Positions 31,006-40,858 of a stretch of 64,000 nt of DNA are shown one piece after another. This DNA comes from a virus. The notes beneath the pieces were generated by a model. The model was not told where the DNA came from. It did not search any database and saw only the letters and a program-made list of their open reading frames with translations. Within the stretch, counting starts at the first letter, position 1, and each line of letters begins with the position of its first letter. Where the stretch lies: positions 17,659 through 81,658 of IMG/VR virus record IMGVR_UViG_3300021131_000003. The stretch is one strand, 5' to 3'. Made by a program: the position numbers and the translations under genes.

Positions 31006-31308
31006 TTATGAAAGGTAGGCGTTACCGCTAAAGGCTGATTGAAAGTGGACCGTAAGTTGTTTAGGACTTGTGTATGTGATTTCGCCTTCAACTATGGTAC
31101 CAGTGGAATCTTGAACCGTCACGTTAGGGTAAAAACCTAAATTATGTGTGATGGCCCAATCTGTTGCGACTACCCCCTGAACATGGTGGTAGGCAATCGA
31201 TGGTGCATTGATAGCTCCAGCCGTAATGTTAGTTACGGTTACTGCTGCTGGGGCCGTTTGTGGAACTGTAATGACAACGGGTTGTGTCTGTGGGTATATG
31301 TTAGTCAA
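31006..31308 (-). CDS. Small structural protein
   Basis: W.ITHNLGFYPNVTV.D..G...FSG.AYL. Confidence 0.75.
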   Translation of the reverse strand: MTNIYPQTQPVVITVPQTAPAAVTVTNITAGAINAPSIAYHHVQGVVATDWAITHNLGFYPNVTVQDSTGTIVEGEITYTSPKQLTVHFQSAFSGNAYLS

Positions 31309-32359
31309 GGGTCACCTGCTGCTGCACGAATACTTGTCCTTTAATGTAGGTCTGTTCGAAGTCTGTATTAGAAGAGTTGGTTGCCTGCAAATCCCAGAAT
31401 GCGCGTACTGGTAGGTACTGGGTAGCTGAAGACGTTAATGACAAAGTAATAACGCCGTCTGCTGGGTTAGTCTTTGCGATATCAAAGGTGGCATAAAGAG
31501 AAGGCGCATTTGGATAGGTTCTAATCTGAGCCTTAAAGGTTAGGTTAGTAACATCAAATGGGAAGATAAATTGCTGAGACCAAGAATCTCCTTGGTAAAT
31601 CTGGATGTCATATACGCCCGCATACTCTGGAAGAGGAGTGCGGCCAAGCATATCGTTTTGAAGGTATACCCGCTCTGGTTGACGGCTATCGTCAATTTCT
31701 TGAGGCATGTAGATTGGGACAAGCTTATTGGTTGTGCGTGAGACGCGACGTAGGGTGCCAATCTCAAGGCGCCATAGTCCAATGTTAAGCGCTGAGCAAA
31801 GCTGCTTATATTGTTCCCATCGCTGAGCAATAATTCCAGTTAGCTGCTCGTAGCGTTGTGCGCGTGGGATGGTTACCCCATCTGGAGCAGTAATATTAAT
31901 GTCAAAGGCTGCATCTGTAGCAAGCGCCCATAGAGCCTCAATAGCAGCCAAGATAGCAATTGGATACTCTTCAACAGGCTGAATGCTGTTAAGGGTAACT
32001 GTGCTGCCAAAGCTATCTGTGCGGTTATAGGTATGCTGAGTTACCGCTGTATTGATAAAGGTAGTTAGGTCTGCGTCTAAGAAGTAGCGGACTGTGGACC
32101 CCTGAACCACGATTGCCGCGCCGTTAGCTGGGGCAGATACAAAGGTTAGAAGTCCAGTGTTGCCCTCTAAAGAGTATTGGTTTGGATAGACCTGGGCGGT
32201 GCCGTTTACGGTCACATAGAGGTTAGTAAGCTCAACAGGCTTAACGTTTAGATAGAAGGTCTTAGTTGACCCATCGCCTGTTCCAGTAAAAGTAAAAGCT
32301 TTAGAGGTGTCGCCTAGCTCTGTACGAACTCTTGTTAAAAGGTCTGCAAGTAGGGCCAC
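31301..32359 (-). CDS. Head-tail adaptor-like protein with extra beta domains
   Basis: VRTELGD; GDGS...F insert; IYQGDSW..AQIR..FWDLQ (BppU-like) C-terminus. GTG start with AGGAG SD. Confidence 0.65.
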   Translation of the reverse strand: MALLADLLTRVRTELGDTSKAFTFTGTGDGSTKTFYLNVKPVELTNLYVTVNGTAQVYPNQYSLEGNTGLLTFVSAPANGAAIVVQGSTVRYFLDADLTTFINTAVTQHTYNRTDSFGSTVTLNSIQPVEEYPIAILAAIEALWALATDAAFDINITAPDGVTIPRAQRYEQLTGIIAQRWEQYKQLCSALNIGLWRLEIGTLRRVSRTTNKLVPIYMPQEIDDSRQPERVYLQNDMLGRTPLPEYAGVYDIQIYQGDSWSQQFIFPFDVTNLTFKAQIRTYPNAPSLYATFDIAKTNPADGVITLSLTSSATQYLPVRAFWDLQATNSSNTDFEQTYIKGQVFVQQQVTLD

Positions 32360-32384
32360 CAACCACTCCTAACTCTTAACCTAA

Positions 32385-32420
32385 ATGGTTTCAGTTTTTA
32401 ATTAAAAAATCTGTATAAAC
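32385..32420 (-). promoter_or_regulatory. Putative late promoter GTTTAT-N24-AACCAT
   Basis: Member of the recurrent fixed-spacing motif. Confidence 0.55.
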
Positions 32421-32421
32421 G

Positions 32422-32444
32422 AATAAGCGGGCCCGAAAGCCCGC
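32422..32444 (-). terminator. Intrinsic terminator
   Basis: GCGGGC/GCCCGC stem followed by TTATT. Confidence 0.7.
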
Positions 32445-32462
32445 CCACTCTCGCTAATTATT

Positions 32463-32831
32463 TTATAGCGTATTAGCTAAGTAACCCTTTTCCTTAAGGT
32501 GCTGAGCTACCTGCTTAGTTACTGTATAGCGCTGACCAGCTTTGAAGTTGTAGTTATTACCAGCTCCGAGAGTCATATTTTCAATGGTCTCAATAACTCT
32601 AATCTCTACAGCATCGTTATCTGGGTTTCCTACTGTGATAACTTCATCGACAATTACTGTCTGACGGTCTGGGACTCGTGCATCAATAACTTCTTCTGAA
32701 AGCTTAGCGGCTGCGGTAACGGATGCCATTGACATCTCATTTGCTCGTTCAGCCTGAACCTCTGCATTAGCTGCAAGAGCCTCTTCACGTGCGCGACCAG
32801 TTACATCTGTGGGCTTCTTTGTAGATGCCAT
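32463..32831 (-). CDS. Hypothetical head-associated protein
   Basis: AGGAG SD; directly after the capsid gene; F.AG.RY.V...VA.HL..KG. Confidence 0.75.
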   Translation of the reverse strand: MASTKKPTDVTGRAREEALAANAEVQAERANEMSMASVTAAAKLSEEVIDARVPDRQTVIVDEVITVGNPDNDAVEIRVIETIENMTLGAGNNYNFKAGQRYTVTKQVAQHLKEKGYLANTL

Positions 32832-32861
32832 TTGGATTCTCCTTGTTAATGTCTCAGTTAG

Positions 32862-32887
32862 ATAAGGCGGGCCCTCACGAGCCCGCC
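32862..32887 (-). terminator. Terminator after the major capsid gene
   Basis: GGCGGGC/GCCCGCC stem followed by TTAT. Confidence 0.7.
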
Positions 32888-32908
32888 CTTTAAGCTATTT
32901 AGTTGTAA

Positions 32909-33979
32909 TTAGTTGGTTTCTGCAATGATTACAGACTGGTCAGTGATAAGACCAAGACCGAAGATTGAGTACCAAGCAAGTGCATGCTCACGACCGAAGT
33001 CGAGGATTCCGCCATCGCGGAGTTCGACTGGGAGTGAGATAGCGTGACCGAATGCGTTGTCTCCAATGAAGATAGCGCTATAGCGGTCTGAACCACCGTT
33101 ACCTGTGTAGGTAGCTGGAGTTGTGTATCCTCCACCAGCTGTGACAGTTGGGTTAGCAACTGCAGTATCAGCTGTGTAAGAAGTACCAGCTCCACCAGCA
33201 ACCTTGAGGACCTGTGTGGTCTCAATGAAGACTGTGTCGTACAAGCGACCAATTTCACCGAGCATGAAGTTACCAGGTGCTGCGTACTTGGTTACTTCGA
33301 TGAATTCTGGATTGTCACGAAGCTTACGGCTTTGGTGTGGGTGCACAAAGCAAACGTAAGTCTCGCCCAACCGAGGGATGTTCTTGGTTGCGAGTGTCTC
33401 GACAGCGTCCTTGACAGTGTGAGGTGTCAAGTAGAAAGTACCAGTCATTGACGCACGGGATGTACCCTTTGTGCCATCTGCGTACCAGTTGTTAACTGCT
33501 GAGAGGTTTGAGCGGTCTTCACCATAGATGGTTGAAGTAGCTGCGTAGAGGGTATCGCGTGAAAGCTGGTCTAGGTAGATAGCCATGTTGCGACCCAATA
33601 AACGTGAGGCTGAAGCCATTACGTCATCGAATGAAGCATTGAGCAAGAGCTCAGATACTGCAAGAGCATAACCATGCTCAGTTACAGTGATTGAGAATTG
33701 CTGTGCTGTAAGTGCGTTAGTCTGCATGCGAACACCTTCAACAAGCGCTGAAGCGAAGCCGAGGTTGTTGTAACGCATGAAGTTGATTTGAAGACCAGGA
33801 GCAACACCGAGTTCAGTCTTCTTGACTGCGAACTGCTCAAAGCGAAGGATTGGCATGGCCTGGAAAAGAATTTCCTTGGACCAGATTGTCTGAATCGCCT
33901 GAGTTAGCTGGGTGTTGGTACCTGAGTATGCTGTAGGTGCTGCGGCAAGATTGCCTGTACCTGTAATACTTGATGCCAT
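32909..33979 (-). CDS. Major capsid protein (HK97 fold, N4 gp56-like)
   Basis: IWSKEILFQA.PILRFEQFA, GEIGRLY..VFIET, DFGREHALAWY. Confidence 0.93.
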   Translation of the reverse strand: MASSITGTGNLAAAPTAYSGTNTQLTQAIQTIWSKEILFQAMPILRFEQFAVKKTELGVAPGLQINFMRYNNLGFASALVEGVRMQTNALTAQQFSITVTEHGYALAVSELLLNASFDDVMASASRLLGRNMAIYLDQLSRDTLYAATSTIYGEDRSNLSAVNNWYADGTKGTSRASMTGTFYLTPHTVKDAVETLATKNIPRLGETYVCFVHPHQSRKLRDNPEFIEVTKYAAPGNFMLGEIGRLYDTVFIETTQVLKVAGGAGTSYTADTAVANPTVTAGGGYTTPATYTGNGGSDRYSAIFIGDNAFGHAISLPVELRDGGILDFGREHALAWYSIFGLGLITDQSVIIAETN

Positions 33980-34021
33980 TTAGCTATGACTCCTTGTTAG
34001 ATTTTTATGGGTTGGGGGGTA

Positions 34022-34795
34022 TTAACCGAACAGCCCGCGAGACTTACCACGAGCAGATTCGCTCATGATGCGGTCTCTGTATTTCGCGTATTCGTTCATC
34101 GGCATGGCTGCAATCTCTTGAGCCGTTAACGTACGTTGCTCCATATTGGTTTCCAGTGGTCCAGCGGGAGGAGTAGTAATACTCGTTCCCTTCATTTCTT
34201 TTCTGGCTGTCTGCATAGCAGACTGCGCAGATTCAAGAATACTTGCTGAGCGTTCCTTTAACTGTTCCACGCTTGCTGTAATCTCTTCACGGCTATTGCC
34301 TTGAATGAAATCAACAAGTTGTGGAATGATATTGTCGCGCTCGGTTTCAATCACTTGCTGGCGATAAGCTTGCAAGTCTGCAAAGGTCTTTTCGCGCTCC
34401 AGAAGAGCGAAGGCTCGTTCGCGTTCTGAACGCTCACGCTCCAACTGCTCCTGCAACTCTTTTGTCTTTAGTTCTGCATAAGACTTCGCATCGAGCTCAG
34501 ACTCTTGTGCTTCCTTAAGACGTGCCGCCTCAGCTTCCGCTTCAGCCGACTTACGAGATGCTTCTTCTTCTTTTTCTTTCCGTAGAGAGTTTAGCTCTTC
34601 CTTCAAAGATTCAATCTGTGGGTAGAGCTTGTCCTTCTCTTGCGAACGGACTTTAGCTAAATCCTCATCTGTGTAGAACTTAGTTGAGTTCGTAGTAGTA
34701 ACAGTAGGCGCGTCAACGCCCGACACATTTACGACTGGAGCCGTTCCAGCTTCTGCTTCAAAAGCAGTAGCCATGTTTTCTGCAGTATCTGACAT
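34022..34795 (-). CDS. Capsid scaffolding protein
   Basis: YTDEDLAKVRSQEKDKLY, charged coiled coil; between portal and capsid. Confidence 0.85.
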   Translation of the reverse strand: MSDTAENMATAFEAEAGTAPVVNVSGVDAPTVTTTNSTKFYTDEDLAKVRSQEKDKLYPQIESLKEELNSLRKEKEEEASRKSAEAEAEAARLKEAQESELDAKSYAELKTKELQEQLERERSERERAFALLEREKTFADLQAYRQQVIETERDNIIPQLVDFIQGNSREEITASVEQLKERSASILESAQSAMQTARKEMKGTSITTPPAGPLETNMEQRTLTAQEIAAMPMNEYAKYRDRIMSESARGKSRGLFG

Positions 34796-34862
34796 GCTTA
34801 TATCCTTTGTATTCTAGGGGTCGTTTTCCGAAGTGAGAGCTCATATGACCTAACGTTGTTTA

Positions 34863-34898
34863 ATTTTCTCGGTACCTACAAAAAAATACAGGCTAAAC
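34863..34898 (-). promoter_or_regulatory. Putative late promoter GTTTAG-N24-GAAAAT
   Basis: Recurrent motif upstream of scaffold/capsid; TTTAGCCTGTATTT is identical to the site near 37.55 kb. Confidence 0.6.
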
Positions 34899-34902
34899 AC
34901 CT

Positions 34903-36639
34903 TTATTTTTCGTAGTCTTGCGGAACCCTTCTCTGTGGGAGCTGTGTTCCGTAAGCTTGAGTTACCAAAGAGTTACGTAGCGCTTGGTCCGCTGTCTGTG
35001 CCTCAAGAACTGCTGGGTCAAGAATCTGTGGCATCTGTGATTCAGGAACGCCCATGTTCTCTACGCCCTTAGAGCCTGCAGGTGTTCCAGCCTGTTGAAT
35101 AGGTTGAGCTGGGTTACCGCCAGCTGGAGATTGCATTCCAGTTAGGCTCATAATGTCGTTTTCAATCTGGGTCTGTACGAGCTTAAGTGCGCCATCAGAT
35201 ACGGCGTCATCAATAAGCTCTTGACGAATCTCTGTGAGCTTCTCAGCTGGGAACTCTTCGCCGAGTGAGCGCAATGCGCCTTCCTTAGACTCAAGGCCAA
35301 GAGAGAGCTTGCTCTGGATTTCGTTAAGAGCAATAAGCTTGTCGAGAGGAAGTGGCTGTGGGAAGTGCACATAAGAACGGTAGGTAAGTGGGTCGTTAGG
35401 GTCTAGCTGAGGAACTTGTCCTGGCTTTAGTGGAACCTGGCTAGCGTTAGGGTCCCAAATAAAGGTCTCTGGCTCTTTAATAGCAAGCGATAGAAGGATA
35501 AGTTCATTAACGCGCTCTAGACCGTGGGCGTATTGAATAATCTTTTGATGGTAGCGATTCATCAAAGGCTGGAACTGAATGCTGAGCGCAACACCTGAAG
35601 TGTTAGAGATAGGCTGTGCCTGACCAAGAGCGGTCTCTGGCACACCAATCATTTCGTGCATAGCCTTCTTGAGCATCATCAAGAAGTCCATAGCGCCCTT
35701 TAGACCTTGCGCGCCACCTTCTAGGTTTTCTACCTTTGCGTCTTTTGGTAGTCCGCCCCAGACTTTATTAGCACCCTTCTCGAGCTGAGAAGCCTTTGCA
35801 CCGATGATGACTGTGACTGGGGCCGCATGATAGTTGACAATGTCTGCAATGTCAGTCGCGGTTTCGTTATAAGCCCTATTGATATTAATAATAGGCTCGC
35901 AGTCGCTGAGACCCCAAGGACTACCAGAAATACGAACGTTAGGAATATGAATAACGGGAATCGTGCCAAGCGGGTTAGGGCGCGAGTCAATGAGTTCATC
36001 ATTTATGTATTCCTCGATGATGTCTTCTGTGAGGATTTCCGTGTAGGTAAACACCTGTCGAGTACCTTCCAAAGAAGTACCCCAGAAACGATACTTAAGC
36101 TTGAAACGGATAAGGCGTTCGCGGTCGTGTGGATGGAACTCGGGGAAACAAAAAGAAGAGTTAAGAGGCAGAATTCGTACACGACCAGGATGAGGACGAC
36201 CTGAAGGGTCCACATAAGCTTCTTCATAAGCCACTTTAATAAAGACATCGCCCGACACCGTTCCTTGCTGACCGATTTCCCATAGGACTGTAGCTTTGTT
36301 GTTATCTACTTCCCATACACGCTCAAGTAGGTCTGGGACGATTGCTTCGGTCTGCTTAGGGCTGCGGAAGGTCACACCTTTACCAAAGGTAAAGTTAATA
36401 ATGAAATCAGAGAATGCTTTGTAATAGTTAAGCATAATCTGGGCTTCGCCAGTTTGACGGCGATAAGAATAGTGATGGCCTAGATACATAGCCCAGTTAA
36501 GGCTATAGCGATTTAATCGAGGGCCGTGTACTTCAAACTCTTCATCCGCTAGCTCTACTAAGCCTAGTGGGGAGATGGAGATAGTTAAGTCAGAGGAGGC
36601 TGCACGATAACTCGGAGGAGAGAAATCAATCGAGCTCAC
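34903..36639 (-). CDS. Portal protein (SPP1 gp6-like)
   Basis: NPLGTIPVIHIPN...PWGLSD, ISNTSGVAL; between terminase and scaffold. Confidence 0.9.
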   Translation of the reverse strand: MSSIDFSPPSYRAASSDLTISISPLGLVELADEEFEVHGPRLNRYSLNWAMYLGHHYSYRRQTGEAQIMLNYYKAFSDFIINFTFGKGVTFRSPKQTEAIVPDLLERVWEVDNNKATVLWEIGQQGTVSGDVFIKVAYEEAYVDPSGRPHPGRVRILPLNSSFCFPEFHPHDRERLIRFKLKYRFWGTSLEGTRQVFTYTEILTEDIIEEYINDELIDSRPNPLGTIPVIHIPNVRISGSPWGLSDCEPIININRAYNETATDIADIVNYHAAPVTVIIGAKASQLEKGANKVWGGLPKDAKVENLEGGAQGLKGAMDFLMMLKKAMHEMIGVPETALGQAQPISNTSGVALSIQFQPLMNRYHQKIIQYAHGLERVNELILLSLAIKEPETFIWDPNASQVPLKPGQVPQLDPNDPLTYRSYVHFPQPLPLDKLIALNEIQSKLSLGLESKEGALRSLGEEFPAEKLTEIRQELIDDAVSDGALKLVQTQIENDIMSLTGMQSPAGGNPAQPIQQAGTPAGSKGVENMGVPESQMPQILDPAVLEAQTADQALRNSLVTQAYGTQLPQRRVPQDYEK

Positions 36640-36707
36640 CAATCACCTCTTTCACTTGAACTGCCTTAGGGTACCACTAATTGTCGATAAAACTATTTAC
36701 CGACACG

Positions 36708-37016
36708 TTATCTGAAGCGTTCGCCTCGAATGTTGCCTTGGCCTACTGGCTTGGTAACTTTCTTCTTTGCAGACTCTTCTTGTTTTTCTTTTTCTTCCTG
36801 CACGTAATCGCGGAAGCGTGGGTCAATCTCTTTTTTAGAAGTAACAAACTTGCCGCCTAGTGACGCATACTTAGCGTGAACCCAGTGGGCTGCGGCTGGA
36901 GATGGATATGTGCTGAATCTGGAGCGCGCTTGAGCGACAACCATGTTCCACATTTTAGGGTTAGCAGGTAGCTGCTTAGGACCCTTCTTTACTTCTTTAC
37001 CTGAGATGAGTGCCAT
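36708..37016 (-). CDS. Small basic protein
   Basis: PANPKMW...ARSRF..YPSPAA..WV...Y...GG. Confidence 0.75.
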   Translation of the reverse strand: MALISGKEVKKGPKQLPANPKMWNMVVAQARSRFSTYPSPAAAHWVHAKYASLGGKFVTSKKEIDPRFRDYVQEEKEKQEESAKKKVTKPVGQGNIRGERFR

Positions 37017-37089
37017 CGTTAATCCTTAATAGGTTCCCGCCCCCGCGGGAAAGGAAAAAAGGCGGGGGTCGAGAATTGCTATTTAATTA

Positions 37090-37488
37090 TTAGTCGTTGA
37101 CGACTGAAGGGTTAAGGGCAGCTTGACGTGCGCCATTGCGGACAACCTCTTCAAAACGGTTATCGCCATGGTCAGCAAATCCACCAGCAGCAAACTCTTG
37201 TAGGTGAGTTGGTGCTTCTACCCAAGCTGCAGAACCAACGTGTGCGCGCTCGCGCATAGTCTCTTCTGGAAGCTTTTCAAAAACATTTGCATTGCGGTTA
37301 GCACGACCTGCAGCAGGAACATAGCCCTGCATTGCGCCCTTTGTGAATTCCTGTGGGACGTCTGTATCTGTAGCGATACCTTCTTCAAAACGAAGTGGGC
37401 CGCGTTGTCCTGGGACAGCAGCTGAAAGCTTGCGGTCGTATACAGGACTGTGCTTCTCTGGGAAGCGTGGTTCTGGGGCAATTGCCAT
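37090..37488 (-). CDS. Conserved hypothetical protein
   Basis: AGGAG SD before MAIAP; GPLRFEEGIATDTDVP, ERAHVGSAAWVEAP. Confidence 0.75.
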   Translation of the reverse strand: MAIAPEPRFPEKHSPVYDRKLSAAVPGQRGPLRFEEGIATDTDVPQEFTKGAMQGYVPAAGRANRNANVFEKLPEETMRERAHVGSAAWVEAPTHLQEFAAGGFADHGDNRFEEVVRNGARQAALNPSVVND

Positions 37489-37526
37489 TGTTAATCTCCT
37501 AAATTGGTTTGAGGACCTCAAGTAAA

Positions 37527-37562
37527 AGTGTGCTACGTATTGGGGTTAAATACAGGCTAAAG
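37527..37562 (-). promoter_or_regulatory. Putative late promoter CTTTAG-N24-CACACT
   Basis: Recurrent motif. Confidence 0.6.
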
Positions 37563-37568
37563 TCTTAT

Positions 37569-39152
37569 CTATCTAAAGAAGGGGGAGCTAGAGACCTCTA
37601 CCGATGGCATTGTTAAATCCATAGTTAGAGATACAGCAATAGCCAAACTATCGGCATAGTCATCATGGGCATGGGCTTCCTCAGGAGCATGTGCTAAGAA
37701 GTTAGGCCCAGTGAACTTAGTCTCTAGGTCTGTCATCTGTTGATAGAACCGTTTCCATGTGCGTAGACGACGCGTTTTTGCATGAGCAGGCCAACCAACC
37801 ATACGACGGTCAATAAGAGCCTTAAGATGCTTCCACCTCTTAGACTGCTCTGGTTGGCTACTGCCAAGTGCATGAACTTCTGCTTTAGGTAGTAATAGCT
37901 TAAGTCTTTGGGCTACTGCATCGCCCACGCCATTTGAGTCAACTCCAACAGCAAGCACGTCATAGTTATTTAAAAAACTAACAATCTGGAAGTACTGGTC
38001 TTCCCAGTCATCACCCTGCAGCTCAAGCCAGTTGAGGATGCGGTGGTCAAAGTAACCAAACTCATCTGGGCGGTCCCAGTCAACCCAGACCACAGTTACA
38101 ACAGTAGAGTCAATCTTACGCGCTGGGTCAATACCAACAACTACAGGCGTACGGTGCCAGGCTTTGACTGTTTCTTGAGAAGTGTCACCAAGCTCATCCA
38201 TAACAGTAGACGTTACGAACATACCTCGTTCAAGAAGCCACTTGCAGTTGTACGACATCTGAAACTCGTCTGAGTCCTCGCCGATACGTAGCATCTCTTT
38301 CTTGATGTACTTAGCATAGTTGGCGTTAACCTTAGCCACATCTCGCCAATCCCATTGGAAGTGGTTCTGTCTAGAACGGGCTGTCTGAGCTCTTTTGTTT
38401 AACTGTATGCTTCTGTAAAAATTGTTCTTAGACGTTGTAGGCGTTCCTGTTTTAACCATGGTGCCAGAATAATAAGCAAGCATAGGGCTAATGGATTTAG
38501 AAACAACAAAATCATCCGCCTCTTGGCACTCGTCAATAACAATAAGATGAAAAGATTTAGATTCAATCTTGGCCCTAGGGTTAGCGGTCATCATCATAAG
38601 AGATGAACCTGAGTTCTTTAATTTAATCTGCCGTGTTACTCCAGGCACCTTGCCCAAGCTATCGTCAATCTCTGGGTCGCCTAGAATCTCTAAAGCGCGC
38701 TCGCTGGTTAGTCGGTTAACTGTACGACCGAATAGAGTTTCTACCTGACCCTCAACTGGGGCAAACATGCCAATCCAGATACCTTCTTTGAACTTCCCTA
38801 GAAGGTCTGGGTACATCTTGGCTAGGCGTGGCAGGAGAACCATAAGCGTAGCCACAGTGTTGGCGATAGTCTCTGACTTACCCGACTGACGAGCGGCAAG
38901 GGCGGTGATTTCCTCACCATCATTGATAATAACTGACTCGATAATCCGCTTAGCTAACGGCATCTGATATGGGTGAAGCTCATGCCCTACCAGCGCAGTC
39001 TGGAACTGAATGCAGCGCTCTACTATCTTTTTGACAAACTCCTTAGAGAGCTCGTCTAGTTCATCCTCGGGCTCTTCTTGAACAAGCTCGTCTTCTTCCT
39101 CTTCGGGAAGGAACTCGTCCTCATCAAAATCATCTATTAATGGTTGGCTCAT
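37569..39152 (-). CDS. terL: Terminase large subunit
   Basis: Walker A ARQSGKS, Walker B LIVIDE, coupling motif GTP, nuclease GIDPA...D and HDDYADS. Confidence 0.95.
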   Translation of the reverse strand: MSQPLIDDFDEDEFLPEEEEDELVQEEPEDELDELSKEFVKKIVERCIQFQTALVGHELHPYQMPLAKRIIESVIINDGEEITALAARQSGKSETIANTVATLMVLLPRLAKMYPDLLGKFKEGIWIGMFAPVEGQVETLFGRTVNRLTSERALEILGDPEIDDSLGKVPGVTRQIKLKNSGSSLMMMTANPRAKIESKSFHLIVIDECQEADDFVVSKSISPMLAYYSGTMVKTGTPTTSKNNFYRSIQLNKRAQTARSRQNHFQWDWRDVAKVNANYAKYIKKEMLRIGEDSDEFQMSYNCKWLLERGMFVTSTVMDELGDTSQETVKAWHRTPVVVGIDPARKIDSTVVTVVWVDWDRPDEFGYFDHRILNWLELQGDDWEDQYFQIVSFLNNYDVLAVGVDSNGVGDAVAQRLKLLLPKAEVHALGSSQPEQSKRWKHLKALIDRRMVGWPAHAKTRRLRTWKRFYQQMTDLETKFTGPNFLAHAPEEAHAHDDYADSLAIAVSLTMDLTMPSVEVSSSPFFR

Positions 39153-39161
39153 ATTACTCCA

Positions 39162-39197
39162 AGTGTATTTGCAAACAAAAAGCCTGGGTTATTAAAC
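39162..39197 (-). promoter_or_regulatory. Putative late promoter GTTTAA-N24-TACACT, overlapping a terminator
   Basis: Recurrent motif directly upstream of terL. Confidence 0.55.
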
Positions 39198-39204
39198 CCA
39201 GGTT
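39177..39204 (-). terminator. Intrinsic terminator
   Basis: AACCTGGGTT/AACCCAGGCT stem followed by TTTT. Confidence 0.85.
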
Positions 39205-39266
39205 CTTTGTTCCACTACGGGGATGAGAGAGAGTGGTAAGCGTAGTCTAGCAGATTGTCGACAAAT

Positions 39267-39518
39267 CTACTTAACGCGTGTCGTCCTAGAGTTAAGCTCG
39301 TCTACAACAGCATGTAAAGCTTCTGCTCCAGTGAGAGCTTCAGTCAGATAAACAGTCTCTCGGTTCTTTGAGTAAGAGCTCATGCACCTGCCAATTTCAT
39401 AAAGAGATTGGTCAATCCACATCTCTAGCTCTGCAGTTGGTATCTTGGCAACCCTCTTAGCCACCCGTTCAGAGAAGGGCTTTGTCCAAGCTTCATTCTT
39501 TTTCCCGAACACGGGCAA
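39267..39518 (-). CDS. Hypothetical protein
   Basis: ORF with GAAGGG SD. Confidence 0.7.
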   Translation of the reverse strand: MPVFGKKNEAWTKPFSERVAKRVAKIPTAELEMWIDQSLYEIGRCMSSYSKNRETVYLTEALTGAEALHAVVDELNSRTTRVK

Positions 39519-39786
39519 CCCCTTCCTCGTCGGTTCTAGCCTTTAATGCTTTAGCAATAATTTCATCAATATCTTCGTCTGAGAGGTCCCACTGAGGGTT
39601 CTTTACTGTATTGAAGAGAACTCCAATGTAGTAGCCAGGGATTGTAAAGGGGACTCTAAACACCAAGCAATGACCGTAGCGGTAAGGCATATCAGTCTCT
39701 TGGGTATGTCCAACCTCAACAATGGGTAGGAACTTGCGGTGATAGTAGTTCAGCTTGCCTACGTATAGTGGTCCAAGTGTTTTCAT
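39493..39786 (-). CDS. Hypothetical protein
   Basis: AAGGAG SD before MKTLGP. Confidence 0.7.
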   Translation of the reverse strand: MKTLGPLYVGKLNYYHRKFLPIVEVGHTQETDMPYRYGHCLVFRVPFTIPGYYIGVLFNTVKNPQWDLSDEDIDEIIAKALKARTDEEGVARVREKE

Positions 39787-39788
39787 TA

Positions 39789-40328
39789 TTACTCCTTCGG
39801 AAAGAAGACTTCTTCCCAAGTAGGTATCTTAGTAGAGGAGTTCTGCATCCTGCTGGCTGTAGAGGCGGTATAGCTGAGTCTAGCCTTAGCACCTTCAGAG
39901 AGCACATCTAAATTAGCAGCGTGGTGGGAACTGCAGTTGTTTTCTAGCGTTTTTAAATAATCATTTGTAGAAGAGCTGTTCTTAAGACCAAGCCATATCT
40001 CTGGGGATACATCATTATATTGCCACCAAGCGCCAGACCTAAAGACAATCAATACAGTACTGGTGTTGTGGTTGTAGCCAATCGTATAAGCGCGTGGGCG
40101 ACTAGGGTTTGCGGTAGGGGCTGTATAAACCTCAGAACCTGCATCCTTTACATCGTTTGGTAGCTCAATCGACCAATCGCCAGGCTTATCAGATGAAGCC
40201 TCGCCCTCTGGTGTAGAGGAATTGCGAGAGAAGGTGTTTGCATTACGCTCTCTTGCTTGTTGAAGCTCTACCATCGCCTCATTAAGGCGTTCGGACATGA
40301 GCTTCTTCATGTCATCGCGTTTAGCCAT
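39789..40328 (-). CDS. KTSC-domain protein
   Basis: IGYN.....LIVFRSG..WQYNDVSPEIW..L..S.S. Confidence 0.65.
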   Translation of the reverse strand: MAKRDDMKKLMSERLNEAMVELQQARERNANTFSRNSSTPEGEASSDKPGDWSIELPNDVKDAGSEVYTAPTANPSRPRAYTIGYNHNTSTVLIVFRSGAWWQYNDVSPEIWLGLKNSSSTNDYLKTLENNCSSHHAANLDVLSEGAKARLSYTASTASRMQNSSTKIPTWEEVFFPKE

Positions 40329-40588
40329 TATTCCTCGCAGTGATGGTTTTCGGTCTCTGTCTCCAGTACTCTAACTAAACAGAGCGAACACCGCAAGTAG
40401 CGCGGTGGTTTATAGTTATTCTGAACGGTAGCGCCCAGTGGAACATCTTCGCCGTATTCGCTACGGTCATAGTTATCCGTAACAATCTCAGGCTCTTTAA
40501 AGAGGTCACGTGGGAACGGCCCCTTAGGGTCAACTATGCGGTCAGGTACGGGGTGTACCTGAACCGCTTGATAGGTTGTGACCCGCAT
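40328..40588 (-). CDS. Small Cys/His protein
   Basis: C-terminal CSLC...HHC. Confidence 0.65.
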   Translation of the reverse strand: MRVTTYQAVQVHPVPDRIVDPKGPFPRDLFKEPEIVTDNYDRSEYGEDVPLGATVQNNYKPPRYLRCSLCLVRVLETETENHHCEE

Positions 40589-40782
40589 TACTTAGACTCT
40601 GTAGAATCCTCAGCAGGTGTGGCTGTTGACTTAGCCGCCTTTGGCTTGATTAATGGGAACTGACCAGCGTGTGCGCGCTCAGTCAACCAAGGTGGTAGAC
40701 AAGCTTCGCAATAGTTAATTGGCTCTGCGTTACCTTCATCAACAAGGTAGATAGATTCCATCTCACAGTTAAAGCACTTCAT
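40588..40782 (-). CDS. Small Zn-finger-like protein
   Basis: CFNC...YCEACLP; AGGAGG SD. Confidence 0.7.
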   Translation of the reverse strand: MKCFNCEMESIYLVDEGNAEPINYCEACLPPWLTERAHAGQFPLIKPKAAKSTATPAEDSTESK

Positions 40783-40815
40783 ATGTCCTCCTAAGAACAG
40801 ATATCAGTATAGATG

Positions 40816-40846
40816 AAAAAGAGGGGCAAGGTTACCCCTGCCCCTC
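40816..40846 (-). terminator. Terminator of the lysis operon
   Basis: GAGGGGCAGG/CTTGCCCCTC stem followed by TTTTT. Confidence 0.85.
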
Positions 40847-40858
40847 GATTTCTAGTTA

